Assembly (NCBI GenBank): GCA_963716255.1
Contig: OY970303.1
Location: 5,696,001-5,760,000 of the forward strand
DNA length: 64,000 nt
Reading direction: 5' to 3'
Source: an uncultured Gemmatimonadales bacterium
GTDB lineage: Bacteria; Gemmatimonadota; Gemmatimonadetes; Longimicrobiales; Longimicrobiaceae
Shown: positions 28,722 to 38,201 of the stretch, one piece after another
Numbering within the stretch: the stretch's first letter is position 1
Layout of the letters: each line of letters starts with the position of its first letter
Program-made: the position numbers and the translations under genes
The notes under the pieces: generated by a model
The model's input: only the letters and a program-made list of their open reading frames with translations
Database searches by the model: none
What the model was told of the DNA's origin: nothing

Positions 28722-28855
28722 GGGTTCGGGCGTGCCCCCGCTGGCGCGGGGTCGGGCTTCGGCTCCGTAGGGCTGCAAACAACGCAGCCCAACGGAGTCG
28801 AGCCCCGGCAAACTGCCGCCGGGTCTCGCCCCTTCGGGCCGAAATCCCTCACGCG
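28722..28855 (+). repeat. Structured repeat family A, copy 3
   Basis: Stem GGGCTGC/GCAGCCC with loop AAACAAC. Confidence 0.9.
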
Positions 28856-28909
28856 GGCATCGCGCCGGCGTCCGCGGGAGGGCCCCTCCTCTCCCTGCGC
28901 CCTGCGCCG

Positions 28910-30661
28910 CTACCGCTTCTTCGAGTCGATCCAGCGGTCCACGGCCTCGCGCAGCATGGGCAGGGTGATGGTGCCGTGGCCGAGCACGGCGTCGTGGAAC
29001 TCGCGCACGTCGAAGGCTGGGCCGAGCTCGCGCTCGGCGCGCTCGCGCAGCGCAAAGAACTCCAGGCCGCCGGTGTCGTAGGCGGTGAGCTGGCCGGGGA
29101 GCACCGCGATGCGGTCCACCATGGTCTCCGCGGACTCGCGTCCGCGGCCGGTCTCCATCAGGTACCGCACGGCCTGCTCGCGCGTCCACCCCATCACGTG
29201 GATGCCGGGGTCCACCACCATCCCGCGGGCCGGCCAGATGCGGCGGGTGACGCGGGCCGCGGGATCGGTGTAGAGCCCCATCTCCTCGGCGAGCGCCTCG
29301 GCGTAGCGCGCCCACCCCTCCACGAAGGCGCTGCTGGACACCAGGCCGGTGACGTCGTGCGCGTCCGGGAGCTCCTGCGCGGCGGAGATCTGGAGGTGGT
29401 GGCCGGGATACGTCTCGTGGAAGGCGGTGATCTCGGCGGTGGCGCGCGACTTCCGCTCCGGCTCGTACAGGTTGATGCGGTAGGTGGCCGGGCGGCTCCC
29501 GTCCTCCGCGGCCGGCGAGTACTGGTCGGAGGCGCTCCGCTCCAGGAAGGCGGCATGCGGCACGATCTCCACCCGGGCGCGGGGCACGGTGCGGAACCAG
29601 CGGGGCGACGCTGCCGCGGCGCGCTCCACGGCGCCCTGCGCGAAGGCCATCATCTCGTCGCGGCCCCGGAAGCGCCGCGAGCTGTCCGCCCGGACCCGGT
29701 CCAGGACGGCGAGCACGTCGTCCGTGCCGTACGCGGCGCGCGCGACCTCCCGCGCCTCGGCGAGGTTGCGTTCCACGCGGGCGCGGCCCAGGGCGGCCGT
29801 CTCCTCCGGGGCGCGGTCCAGCGTGGTGAAACCGCGGAAGGAGGCGCGGTAGCACGCCGCGCCGTCGCGGTTCGCGGACACGCCCACGGCCTCGCGGGCG
29901 GCGCCGCGGTATTCGTCGCGCAGGTAGTCGCGGTAGCGCCGCACGGCGGGCGCGATGTCGCGCTCCAGCAGGGCGCGCCAGGCGGCGCGGAACTCCGGCG
30001 TGGAGTCGCGCCGCGCCGGGTCGTAGAAGGGCGACTCCTCCGCCGGGGTGGCGAGGAGCGCGTCCAGCTGCCCGATCACCAGCTCCACGTTGCGCCGGGG
30101 CGTGGTGTAGCCCAGGCGCACGCCCTCGCGCAGGTTCGCCACCTCGGTGTCCAGGAAGCGCGGCACCCGCCGCCAGCGCGCCAGCGCCTGGGCGCGCAGC
30201 TCCGGCGTCCCCACCGGCTGCGTTCCCGCCAGCTCCGCCAGCCCGGCGTGCCAGCCGTTCATGTGGCTCACCGGCCACAGCTCACGCCTGCAGACGCGCC
30301 GTCCGCGCGCGGACTCCAGCTGCTCCCTCAGCATCCCGTGGGTCACCCACTCGGGGCGCCCCCAGAGCGCTCCCCCGTCGATGCGCGCCAGCTCCGCCGC
30401 CCACGCGTCCTGCCGGGCCTCCCACTCACGGCGGGCGGCGGGGGAGTTGTCGGTGAGCCCGTCGTGCCGGGCGATGGTCATCCCGTTCCCCTCCGCCTCC
30501 TCCGGGAAGCGCGCCACGAACTCGCGCACGTATTCGTCCGCGAGCGCCGTCACCCGGGCCGCGAGCGAGTCCGCGGTGCGCGCGGCGGGGGCCTGGGCGC
30601 GCGCCGCGGCCGGGACGACGAGGAGCAGGAGGAGCGCGGTTGCGGACGGGCGGAGGGTCAT
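28910..30661 (-). CDS. DUF885 family secreted metallopeptidase-like protein
   Basis: Signal peptide; HETYPGHHLQ, FVEGWARYAE, PGQLTAY and FHDAVL. Confidence 0.92.
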   Translation of the reverse strand: MTLRPSATALLLLLVVPAAARAQAPAARTADSLAARVTALADEYVREFVARFPEEAEGNGMTIARHDGLTDNSPAARREWEARQDAWAAELARIDGGALWGRPEWVTHGMLREQLESARGRRVCRRELWPVSHMNGWHAGLAELAGTQPVGTPELRAQALARWRRVPRFLDTEVANLREGVRLGYTTPRRNVELVIGQLDALLATPAEESPFYDPARRDSTPEFRAAWRALLERDIAPAVRRYRDYLRDEYRGAAREAVGVSANRDGAACYRASFRGFTTLDRAPEETAALGRARVERNLAEAREVARAAYGTDDVLAVLDRVRADSSRRFRGRDEMMAFAQGAVERAAAASPRWFRTVPRARVEIVPHAAFLERSASDQYSPAAEDGSRPATYRINLYEPERKSRATAEITAFHETYPGHHLQISAAQELPDAHDVTGLVSSSAFVEGWARYAEALAEEMGLYTDPAARVTRRIWPARGMVVDPGIHVMGWTREQAVRYLMETGRGRESAETMVDRIAVLPGQLTAYDTGGLEFFALRERAERELGPAFDVREFHDAVLGHGTITLPMLREAVDRWIDSKKR

Positions 30662-30826
30662 GCGCGGGGCTCCGGGTGGAAGGTGGCGGGGCGGGGGAGT
30701 GCGTGCGCCGGACGGCTCAAAGTGCGGCGGTCCTGGCCGCGTGTGCAAGCCCGCCGGCCGGGGTTGCGCGCACCCGCTCCGGCGGGTAGATCGGGACGGG
30801 CCGGTCACCTGAACGGGGAGGCGCGC

Positions 30827-31714
30827 ATGCGGGTGCTGCTGACGGGGGCGACGGGGTACGTGGGGAGCGCGGCTGCGGAGGCGCTGCGCGCTGCGGGGCA
30901 CGAGGTGCTGGGTCTGGCGCGCTCGGACGCGGCGGTGGCGAAGCTGGACGCCGCGGGCTTCGCGGCGCGCCGCGGCGACCTGGCCCTCCCGGCAACGCTG
31001 GCCGGCCCCGTGGCGGAGGCGGACGCGACGGTGCACGCGGCCGCCCTGGCGGGCGGCGAGGACGCGGTGGCCGTGGCGGCGATGCTGCGGATGCTGGAGG
31101 GGACGGGGAAGCCGTTCGTGTACACCAGCGGCGCCTGGGTGCTCGGGAGCACCGGCGACACGGTGGCGGACGAGGACGCGCCTGCGGGCGCGCCGGAGCT
31201 GGTGGCGTGGCGCCCCGCCGTGGAGGAGGCCGTGCGCTCCGCCGCCCCGCGCGGCGTGCGCGGGGTGGTTCTGCGGCCCACGGTGGTGTACGGCCGGGGC
31301 GGCGGCACCCCGGCGTCGATGGTGCGCTCGGCGCAGCGGAAGGGGGTGGTGCGCTACGTGGGCGACGGGCGGCAGCGCTGGCCGTTCGTGCACGTGGACG
31401 ACCTGGCGGAGCTGTACGTGCTGGCGCTGGCCGCGGAGCCCGGGACGCTGCTCCACGCCTCGGCTGGCCCGTCGGTCCCGGCGCGCGAGGTGGCGGAGGC
31501 GGCCGCCGCGGCCCACGGCGCCCGCGCGGAGCCCTGGCCGCTGGAGGCGGCCCGGGCGACGCTGGGCGCCTTCGGGGACGCGCTGGCGCTGGACCAGCAG
31601 GTCTCGGGCGAGCGCGCGCGGCGGCTCCTGGGGTGGGCGCCGCGCCGACCGGACGTGCTGTGGGAGCTGCGGGAAGGCTCGTACGCGCCGTCGGGAATCG
31701 ATCCGGCGGGTTGA
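30827..31714 (+). CDS. NAD-dependent epimerase/dehydratase
   Basis: MRVLLTGATGYVG, YTSG and VHVDDLA. Confidence 0.9.
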   Translation: MRVLLTGATGYVGSAAAEALRAAGHEVLGLARSDAAVAKLDAAGFAARRGDLALPATLAGPVAEADATVHAAALAGGEDAVAVAAMLRMLEGTGKPFVYTSGAWVLGSTGDTVADEDAPAGAPELVAWRPAVEEAVRSAAPRGVRGVVLRPTVVYGRGGGTPASMVRSAQRKGVVRYVGDGRQRWPFVHVDDLAELYVLALAAEPGTLLHASAGPSVPAREVAEAAAAAHGARAEPWPLEAARATLGAFGDALALDQQVSGERARRLLGWAPRRPDVLWELREGSYAPSGIDPAG

Positions 31715-31749
31715 GGCGGGGCCCCTCCGGCGGACGCCAGCGCGATGCC

Positions 31750-31885
31750 CGCGTGAGGGATGCGAGCGCGAAGCGGCGAGACCCAACAGCAGTTCCGTTG
31801 GGGCTCGCCTCCGTTACGCACGGTTGTTTCGTGCGTTACGGAGCCGCAGCCCGACCCCGGCGCAGCCGGGGGCACGCCCGAACCC
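31750..31885 (-). repeat. Structured repeat family A, copy 4 (most divergent)
   Basis: Stem ACGCACG/CGTGCGT with loop AAACAAC; second hairpin CCAAC/GTTGG. Confidence 0.85.
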
Positions 31886-31890
31886 GCCCG

Positions 31891-32706
31891 TCAGAACAGC
31901 GCGAGCAGCCGCGCGGGACCCCCGGTGGCGCCCACGTGCCGCGGCCCGCCGACGACGAGCACGGCACCTGCCGGAGGCACCCGGCCGAGATTGGCGACGT
32001 TCTCCAGCCCGTACTTCCCCGCGGGGAGGAGCACCCGGTGCGCCTCGTAGCCCGCGGACGCGCCGACGTCCAGGCTGAGGGTGTCGCTGGCGGCGCCCGC
32101 CACGTCGCGCTCCTCCACCAGGAAGCGGGCCGCTTCCACCCCCCAGCCGGGGGAGTGCAGCGTCCCCGCCGCGTCGGCGTTCAGGAACCGCCCCGGCTCC
32201 GCGAGCCGCGCCTCCCACCCCGAGTGCATCGCCACCACCGCGCCCCGCGGGATGCGCCCGTGGCGGCGCTCCCATGCCAGCAGGTCGTCCACGGCCACCG
32301 CGGCGTCGTGGTCGCGCGCGGCCCGCTCCGCCAGCGACACCACCACCAGCGGGGCCACCAGGCTCGCGGCCGGGAGCGCGTCCGCGGTGGCGCCGCCCGC
32401 CGCGAAGTGCGCGGGGGCGTCCAGGTGCGTCCCCGCGTGCTCCACGAAGCGCAGCTCGGCGCAGGCGTAGCCGTTCTCCTCCACCGTCGCCAGGGAGCGG
32501 GCGCGGAACGGCGGATACCCCGGGAACACGGGGAAGTCGGGGGTGAGGGTGTGCGTCAGGTCGCGGATGCGCCGCAGCCGCGCCAGCGCTTCCGGGGGGA
32601 CGGCGAGCGCCGGCGCGTCGTCCCACGGCGCGCCGCCGCCGGTGGGCGCGGAGCCGGCGTCGGGAGCGTCGGCCGCCACGGACCGGACCACCTCCGGAGA
32701 GCACAT
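31891..32706 (-). CDS. Cyclase family protein (kynurenine formamidase-like)
   Basis: EHAGTHLDAPAHF, HSPG, SDTLSLD and LENVANL. Confidence 0.9.
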   Translation of the reverse strand: MCSPEVVRSVAADAPDAGSAPTGGGAPWDDAPALAVPPEALARLRRIRDLTHTLTPDFPVFPGYPPFRARSLATVEENGYACAELRFVEHAGTHLDAPAHFAAGGATADALPAASLVAPLVVVSLAERAARDHDAAVAVDDLLAWERRHGRIPRGAVVAMHSGWEARLAEPGRFLNADAAGTLHSPGWGVEAARFLVEERDVAGAASDTLSLDVGASAGYEAHRVLLPAGKYGLENVANLGRVPPAGAVLVVGGPRHVGATGGPARLLALF

Positions 32707-32820
32707 GCGATCTTCCTGTCTTCGGCGCGCGGGGACGGGCCGCGCCCCGGGCGGGGCGGGGCGCGGAAGCGGACGATCCCAAACGTCGCGGGACGGGGGC
32801 CGCGCGACAAGCGGGGAGGG

Positions 32821-32978
32821 TCAGCGGAGGACGGCGGCGAGCGCCGGGTCGGCCAGCCAGGGCAGGAGCCGTGCGGCGAGCGCGGCGACGGCCGCCGCGG
32901 GAAGCAGGTTCCCCACCACCCCAGCACCATTGCGCCCAGCGCCGTGCAGATGCAGCCGACCAGGGCTCGAGCGTCCAT
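32821..32978 (-). pseudogene. Small hydrophobic protein with an apparent 1-nt frameshift
   Basis: MDARALVGCICTALGAMVLG continues as VGNLLPAAAVAALAARLLPWLADPALAAVLR-stop only if one G is added to the G-run near 32920. Confidence 0.4.
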
Positions 32979-33015
32979 GGGGTGGGGAAGGGGGCGGCCG
33001 GACCGGGTGGAGGGT

Positions 33016-33459
33016 TCAGGCGACGGCGTTCTGCACCGGCTCGCCGCACGCCAGGAGGATGGCCTGCACGTCCGTGTAGGCACGATCGGAGCCCACGCGG
33101 GCGACGCGCGCGCCCTTGTTCTCGCCGCGCTGCTCCACCTCGTAGCCGCCGGGGACCACGCGCAGGAGCGTCCGCCCGTCCTCGCGCGGGTAGACCGTGA
33201 GGGTGAGCTGGTCGAAGCTCTCGATCCCCCCCAGCATGGCGTCGCCGAAGCTGGTGCGGTCGCGGTCGGCGCGGATGAAGCCGGCCTCCCGGTCGGCGTC
33301 GGCGACCACGTACCCCAGCTCGTTGACCTGCCGCATGGCGCAGGCGAACGCTTCGCCGGCCGATCCGGGCGCGACGGCGCGGCTGGGCGGCGAAGGCGTG
33401 GTGGGGAGGGGGGCGCAGGCGGCGGCGAGGAGCAGGACTGCGGCGGCGGTGGTGCGCAT
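33016..33459 (-). CDS. Hypothetical lipoprotein
   Basis: MRTTAAAVLLLAAAC lipobox. Confidence 0.75.
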   Translation of the reverse strand: MRTTAAAVLLLAAACAPLPTTPSPPSRAVAPGSAGEAFACAMRQVNELGYVVADADREAGFIRADRDRTSFGDAMLGGIESFDQLTLTVYPREDGRTLLRVVPGGYEVEQRGENKGARVARVGSDRAYTDVQAILLACGEPVQNAVA

Positions 33460-33637
33460 GGGCGTTCGCGTCGGTCGGGTGGATGGCCGGTGGTGGGTCC
33501 CGACGCGCGGAGGCAACGCCCGCGCCATTCCGGGCCGCGCGCGCAAGCGCTTGCGGCACAAACGCGTCGCCCCGCGCGCCCCGCCCCGCCCGCCGCCGCA
33601 CCGTCCGTCACGGTGGACAGCCGCCGTCCACCGCAGG

Positions 33638-33677
33638 CCCTCACCCCCCGGCCCCCTCTCCCACAAAGGGGGGAGGG
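33638..33677 (+). repeat. CCCTCACCCC...GGGAGGG palindromic repeat (family C)
   Basis: Similar units at 36643 (reversed) and 50981. Confidence 0.6.
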
Positions 33678-33712
33678 TGGCGAGCCTGAGCGAGCCGGGT
33701 GGGGGCCGCCGT

Positions 33713-33852
33713 CGCGTGAGGGATTACGGCCCGAAGGGGCGAGACCCGGCGGGGCTGTTTCCGCCGGGGCTCGACTCCGTTAGCGAGCGTTGTTTGCTCG
33801 CTTACGGAGCCGAAGCCCGACCCCGGCGCCAGCCGGGGGCACGCCCGAACCC
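33713..33852 (-). repeat. Structured repeat family A, copy 5
   Basis: Stem AGCGAGC/GCTCGCT with loop AAACAAC. Confidence 0.9.
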
Positions 33853-33858
33853 GGCAGT

Positions 33859-34221
33859 TCACGCCCTTGAATCACCCGGAGCAAGCGGCTCGAGCACCAC
33901 CGCCGTGCCGTAGCAGAGCACCTCCGTGGCCCCGCCGATCTCCGACGCGTCGTAGCCGATCCCCACCACCGCGTGGGCGCCGAGCTCGCGCGCGTGCTCC
34001 ATGAGCTGCTGGGTGGCCTGCTGCCGAGTCTGCTCGCACATCTCCGTGTACTCGTGGATCTGCCCGCCCACGAGGGTCTTGAGCCCGCCCATGAACCCCT
34101 GCGCGATGGTGGGCGAGCGCACCACCACGCCCCGGACGATCCCCAGGTACTCGCGGATGCGGTATCCCTCCACGGCGAAGGTGGTGGTGGTGATGAGGCG
34201 CTGCGGCGCGAGGCTGTCCAT
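33859..34221 (-). CDS. YbjQ family (UPF0145) protein
   Basis: ITTTTFAVEGYRIREYLGIVRG...GAHAVVGIGYD...EVLCYGTAV. Confidence 0.92.
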   Translation of the reverse strand: MDSLAPQRLITTTTFAVEGYRIREYLGIVRGVVVRSPTIAQGFMGGLKTLVGGQIHEYTEMCEQTRQQATQQLMEHARELGAHAVVGIGYDASEIGGATEVLCYGTAVVLEPLAPGDSRA

Positions 34222-34366
34222 GGGCGGCCGGGGGCTCGGGGTGGCGGAGGAGGGTGGCGCACCCGGACAGCGTCGCGCCGGGCGGGCGGCCGCGCAAGGG
34301 CAGGGTAATTGCGTTCGCCGTGGACACGCGGGAAAACCACGACGAACTCGAGACCGGAGACGGAAC

Positions 34367-34873
34367 ATGCCGCAGATGACGGACCCCAAGGACCTGCTCA
34401 AGCACGAGCTCGGAGACCTTCTGTACGCCGAGCGCCGCTTCCTGACGGCCACCAAGACCATGGCGCGCGAGACCAGTGACCCGACGGTCAAGAAGCGCAT
34501 CGAGCAGCACGTGCGGGAAACGGAGGTGCACATCGAGCGGCTGGGGCGCGCCTTCGAGTCCATCGGCGAGAAGGCAAAGGCCGAGAAGTGCGAGGCGGCG
34601 ATCGGGCTGCGCGAGGAGCACGACTCCTTCAAGTCGGACGAGAAGCCGTCCAAGACGCTGCTGGAGGCCTTCGACCTGGGCTCCGGGCTGCGCGTGGAGC
34701 ACTACGAGATCGCGGCCTACCGCACCGCCATCGCCGTGGCCGGCGCCCTGGGGCACGAGGAGTGCGCGCGCATCCTGGAGGAGAGCCTGGCCGAGGAGCT
34801 GGAGATGGCGCGCTTCCTGGAGGAGAGCGCACCCGCGGCGCTGCAGCGCCTCTTCGCCTCCGTGGAAGCGTAG
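34367..34873 (+). CDS. YciE/YciF ferritin-like protein (DUF892)
   Basis: ELGDLLYAE, HVRETEVHIERL, CEAAIGL, VEHYEIAAY and LAEE. Confidence 0.9.
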   Translation: MPQMTDPKDLLKHELGDLLYAERRFLTATKTMARETSDPTVKKRIEQHVRETEVHIERLGRAFESIGEKAKAEKCEAAIGLREEHDSFKSDEKPSKTLLEAFDLGSGLRVEHYEIAAYRTAIAVAGALGHEECARILEESLAEELEMARFLEESAPAALQRLFASVEA

Positions 34874-34914
34874 GCGCTCCGTCCCCGGCGTGAACCGCAA
34901 CCCAGGAGGCTGAC

Positions 34915-35379
34915 ATGGCGAGCTACGGACGCGACCACGGCGGACCGCGCGGCTGGTTCGACCGCTGGTTCGGCGGCGGCGGCGGCGGGCGCGGCGGCTA
35001 CGACCGGGGGTACCGGTCCGGCGGCCGCGGCTACGACCGCCCCTTCGGCAGGGGATACGACCGCGCCGACTACCGCTCGATCCCTCCGTGGGGCCGGGCC
35101 GGCCGCGAAGGCGGCTACGGCGGCGCCCAGGGCGGCGGCGGCTACTTCAACCCCGGCTACATGGTGGACGAGGCCTGGGGCGGCGCGTTCGCCCGCGGCG
35201 ACGCCCAGTACCAGGGCCGCCGCATGTATGGCGACGACTACCGCACCGGGCGTCCCGGGTACTCCGGCGGCTACGACCGCCCGTACCGCGCTGAAGGCGG
35301 CGGCGGCGGCTACGGCTCCCCCGGCGGCTGGCGCGCCTTCGGGCGCGGCTACGATCGCGGGTACGACCGCGGCCGCTAG
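34915..35379 (+). CDS. Gly/Tyr/Arg-rich low-complexity protein
   Basis: AGGAGG RBS; GYDR repeats; strong GGC/TAC/CGC codon use; hairpin after the stop. Confidence 0.75.
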   Translation: MASYGRDHGGPRGWFDRWFGGGGGGRGGYDRGYRSGGRGYDRPFGRGYDRADYRSIPPWGRAGREGGYGGAQGGGGYFNPGYMVDEAWGGAFARGDAQYQGRRMYGDDYRTGRPGYSGGYDRPYRAEGGGGGYGSPGGWRAFGRGYDRGYDRGR

Positions 35380-35397
35380 GCGCCGCACGACACGGCA

Positions 35398-35440
35398 CGC
35401 CGAGGGGCGTCCTCCCGCACCGGGAGGGCGCCCCTCGGCG
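35398..35440. terminator. Hairpin between convergent genes
   Basis: CGCCGAGGGGCG...CGCCCCTCGGCG inverted repeat. Confidence 0.6.
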
Positions 35441-35442
35441 CG

Positions 35443-35784
35443 TCAGGCCGCGCCGCCCGCCGGCACGCCCGCGCTGGAGCGGCGCCGGGCCCACGCGCGG
35501 CGCAGCAGCACCGCCGCCGCCACCCAGGCGGCGCTGTTCAGCGCGCCCAGGCCGTAGAACGCGACCGTGTCGAACAGGTTGACGCCGCCCAGGTACGCCA
35601 CGGTCAACACGGGAAAGGTCAGCACCCACGCAACCGCGTTCGCCGCCCACCCCAGCGGGGCGAGCACGGCCGAGCCGGAGGAGCTGAGGCCGTGAAGCGC
35701 CAGCCCGATGCTCAACCCGACGGACAGCACCGTCGCGAGCAGGTGGGAGAGCGCGAGCAGGGCGAGGAGGGCGAGCCTGCGCAT
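35443..35784 (-). CDS. Small membrane protein
   Basis: Three hydrophobic helices; GGAGG RBS. Confidence 0.65.
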   Translation of the reverse strand: MRRLALLALLALSHLLATVLSVGLSIGLALHGLSSSGSAVLAPLGWAANAVAWVLTFPVLTVAYLGGVNLFDTVAFYGLGALNSAAWVAAAVLLRRAWARRRSSAGVPAGGAA

Positions 35785-36012
35785 GGAGCCTCCGGGGTGC
35801 GGGTGCGGGGAGTCGCCGCGGGAGGGCGGCGCCGCACCGGAGGGCAAGCGGGGCGCCAGCCGGAGCGCTCGGGTGGCGGTCCGGCAAGGCGTTGCCGTGA
35901 AAGGTTTTGCGTGAAGATGGAGCGGGCGCGGGGAAACGCCGGAGCGGACACCGGCGCGTTCACTGAACGGCGTCCGGACGTTCAGTGGACCCCGGCGGGC
36001 CCGGCCCGCGGG

Positions 36013-36297
36013 TCAGGCGGGGCGGCGGAGGATGCGCGCCTTGGTGCCGTAGAGCATCCCCTGGGCGCTGAGGAACTCGCCCACGTCGGGCCAGTGGGCC
36101 AGCTCGCCGTCGTCCAGGATGACCACGTTGTGGCGCTGCTCGCGCGTGGCGCCGGAAAGGAGCGTGGACCAGGCCAGCGGGAGGCTCAGCTTGCGGCCGT
36201 CCTGGAGCTTGCAGATGATCTCGTCGCCGGTCACCCCGATGCTGCGGATGCGCGGGTCGGGGGGGATGTGCGGATTGATCCAGGTGTTCGGATCCAT
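36013..36297 (-). CDS. DUF2442 family protein
   Basis: LQDGRKLSLPLAW...LSGATREQR...HWPDVGEFLS. Confidence 0.85.
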   Translation of the reverse strand: MDPNTWINPHIPPDPRIRSIGVTGDEIICKLQDGRKLSLPLAWSTLLSGATREQRHNVVILDDGELAHWPDVGEFLSAQGMLYGTKARILRRPA

Positions 36298-36352
36298 GGG
36301 TGGAGCGATCGCGGTGTGTGAAGGGCGGTGTCGGGAGGGTGGGATAACGATG

Positions 36353-36472
36353 GGCGGTCGGCGGTCGCTTGGCAAGACGGGCGGCTTTCGCCGGCGGGTT
36401 CGGGCGTGCCCGGGGCGGTCTGCGGTCGCTTGGCAAGACGAGCGGCTTTCGACGGCGGGTTCGGGCGTGCCC
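36353..36472 (+). repeat. 61-bp tandem duplication including the left end of repeat A copy 6
   Basis: GCGGTCGCTTGGCAAGACG...GGGTTCGGGCGTGCCC at 36361 and again at 36422. Confidence 0.85.
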
Positions 36473-36592
36473 CCGGCTGGCGCCGGGGTCGGGCTTCGGC
36501 TCCGTAGGGCTGCAAACAACGCAGCCCAACGGAGTCGAGCCCGCGCAAACAGCCGCGCGGTCTCGCCCCTTCGGGCCGAAATCCCTCACGCG
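36457..36592 (+). repeat. Structured repeat family A, copy 6
   Basis: Nearly identical to copy 2. Confidence 0.9.
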
Positions 36593-36642
36593 GGTCTCGC
36601 GCTGGCGTCCGCGGGGGTCCCCCACCCCGGCGCTGCGCGCCA

Positions 36643-36679
36643 CCCCTCCCCCTTGCGGGGAGGGGCTGGGGGAGGGGGG
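36643..36679 (-). repeat. Family C palindromic repeat
   Basis: Reverse reads CCCTCCCCCAGCCCCTCCCCGCAAGGGGGAGGGG. Confidence 0.55.
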
Positions 36680-36695
36680 CGCTGTCGCCGTGCGC

Positions 36696-37613
36696 TCAGC
36701 TTCCCGGGGCGGGGCCGGCGAGCGAGAGGATGGCGCGCTCCACCGCGGCCCAGGCGGGCGCGAAGGGCGCCACCACGTCGAAGTGGCCGGCGCCCTCCAC
36801 CAGGACCACGCGGGCATCGTCGCCGGCAGCGCGGGCGGCGGCCTCGAAGCCCGTCGCCTGCGCGGCGGGGACGGTGGAGTCGAGCGACCCCTGCACCAGG
36901 CGCACGGGGACGCCCAGCGGGAGGAGCTCCGGCGGGCTGGCCTGGGCGTAGCGGTCGGGCACCTGGGCGGGCGTGCCGCCCAGCAGCTGGGGGACGGCGG
37001 CGTTGCAGCTGCCGCTGCCGGCGGCGTACGCGCGAAGGTCCGCGATCGCCGCGAGCGCCACCACGCCGCGCACGGGGAGCGGGTCGGCGGAGCGGAGCGG
37101 GCTCGCCGCGGGGAGGTTGCGGCGCGCGGCGAGCCAGAGCGCCAGGTGCCCCCCCGCCGAGTGCCCGGCCAGCACCACGCGCCCCAGGTCCAGCGGACGG
37201 GTGCGGGCGAGCTCGCGCAGGTGGTCGGTGGCGGCGGCGGCGTCCAGGAAGGTGCCCGTCCACCCGCCGCCCGCGTCGCCGATGCGGCGGTACTCCGGCG
37301 TCCAGGTGGCGAGCCCCGCGCGCCGCAGCGCCTCCGCCGCGCCGGCCATGTATCCCAGGTCGTACTCGTTCTGCCAGCACCCGCCGTGCAGCAGGACGAC
37401 CACGGGGTGCGGCCCGGCGCCGTCCGGCAGGCGCAGCTCCCCGAACTGCTGCGGCCCGCTCCCGTACGCGATCCGCTCGCCCGGCGGCGGCGCGGCCTGG
37501 CCGGCGACCTCGTCCCAGGTGACGGGCTCGCGGGCGGGCGCCGGAGCGTGCGCGCAGGAAGCGGTCATGATCGCGGCGGCGAGGAGGGCGGGGAAAGGGA
37601 CCGGACGGTGCAT
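36696..37613 (-). CDS. Alpha/beta hydrolase (lipoprotein-type signal)
   Basis: HGGCW, GHSAGG nucleophile elbow, DSTVP and GHF. Confidence 0.9.
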   Translation of the reverse strand: MHRPVPFPALLAAAIMTASCAHAPAPAREPVTWDEVAGQAAPPPGERIAYGSGPQQFGELRLPDGAGPHPVVVLLHGGCWQNEYDLGYMAGAAEALRRAGLATWTPEYRRIGDAGGGWTGTFLDAAAATDHLRELARTRPLDLGRVVLAGHSAGGHLALWLAARRNLPAASPLRSADPLPVRGVVALAAIADLRAYAAGSGSCNAAVPQLLGGTPAQVPDRYAQASPPELLPLGVPVRLVQGSLDSTVPAAQATGFEAAARAAGDDARVVLVEGAGHFDVVAPFAPAWAAVERAILSLAGPAPGS

Positions 37614-37656
37614 GGGCGAACGCGGCGCGGGTGGCGGGAGCGGCACGCGGCCGTCC

Positions 37657-38082
37657 TCAGCCAAGGAAGCGGGCGCGCAGCTCCGGGGTGGGCATCATGC
37701 ACGCGTCCTGCTTCCCGAACCAGCGGTAGCGGTTGCGGGCGACCCACTCGTACACCAGGTCGCGCAGCGGCCGCGGCACCGCGCGCAGCGCGCCCGCCGC
37801 CTTCCACGCACCCGGCAGGCCGCGGGCGATTCGCAGCGCCGCGTCGCTGCGGCTGAAGGCGCGCCCGTCCTCCACCAGGACCACGCTGGACAGCTCCTCC
37901 GTGTCCATGCCGTGGCGGCGGAGCAGCGCCTGCCCCGCCTCCGACTGGAGCGAGGCGAAGCGGAAGCGTCCCGCAGGGTCGTGGCGGACGATGAACTGCA
38001 CGGAGCCGTTGCACAGGTTGCACACGCCGTCGAAGAGCACGACCGCGCCTCCGGCGTCGGGAATCTCGGTATCGGCCGTCAT
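37657..38082 (-). CDS. DCC1-like thiol-disulfide oxidoreductase (YuxK family)
   Basis: FDGVCNLC, FASLQS and VARNRYRWFG...C. Confidence 0.92.
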   Translation of the reverse strand: MTADTEIPDAGGAVVLFDGVCNLCNGSVQFIVRHDPAGRFRFASLQSEAGQALLRRHGMDTEELSSVVLVEDGRAFSRSDAALRIARGLPGAWKAAGALRAVPRPLRDLVYEWVARNRYRWFGKQDACMMPTPELRARFLG

Positions 38083-38201
38083 GGGGTTCCGGGTCACGGG
38101 CTGGCTGCTGAAGGTTCGCGGACGCGATCGATACACCGTGCGCGCGAAAGCGATCACTCCGCCGGAGCGGGGAGGGCCCCGCGGCCGGGCGGGGGCCCTT
38201 A

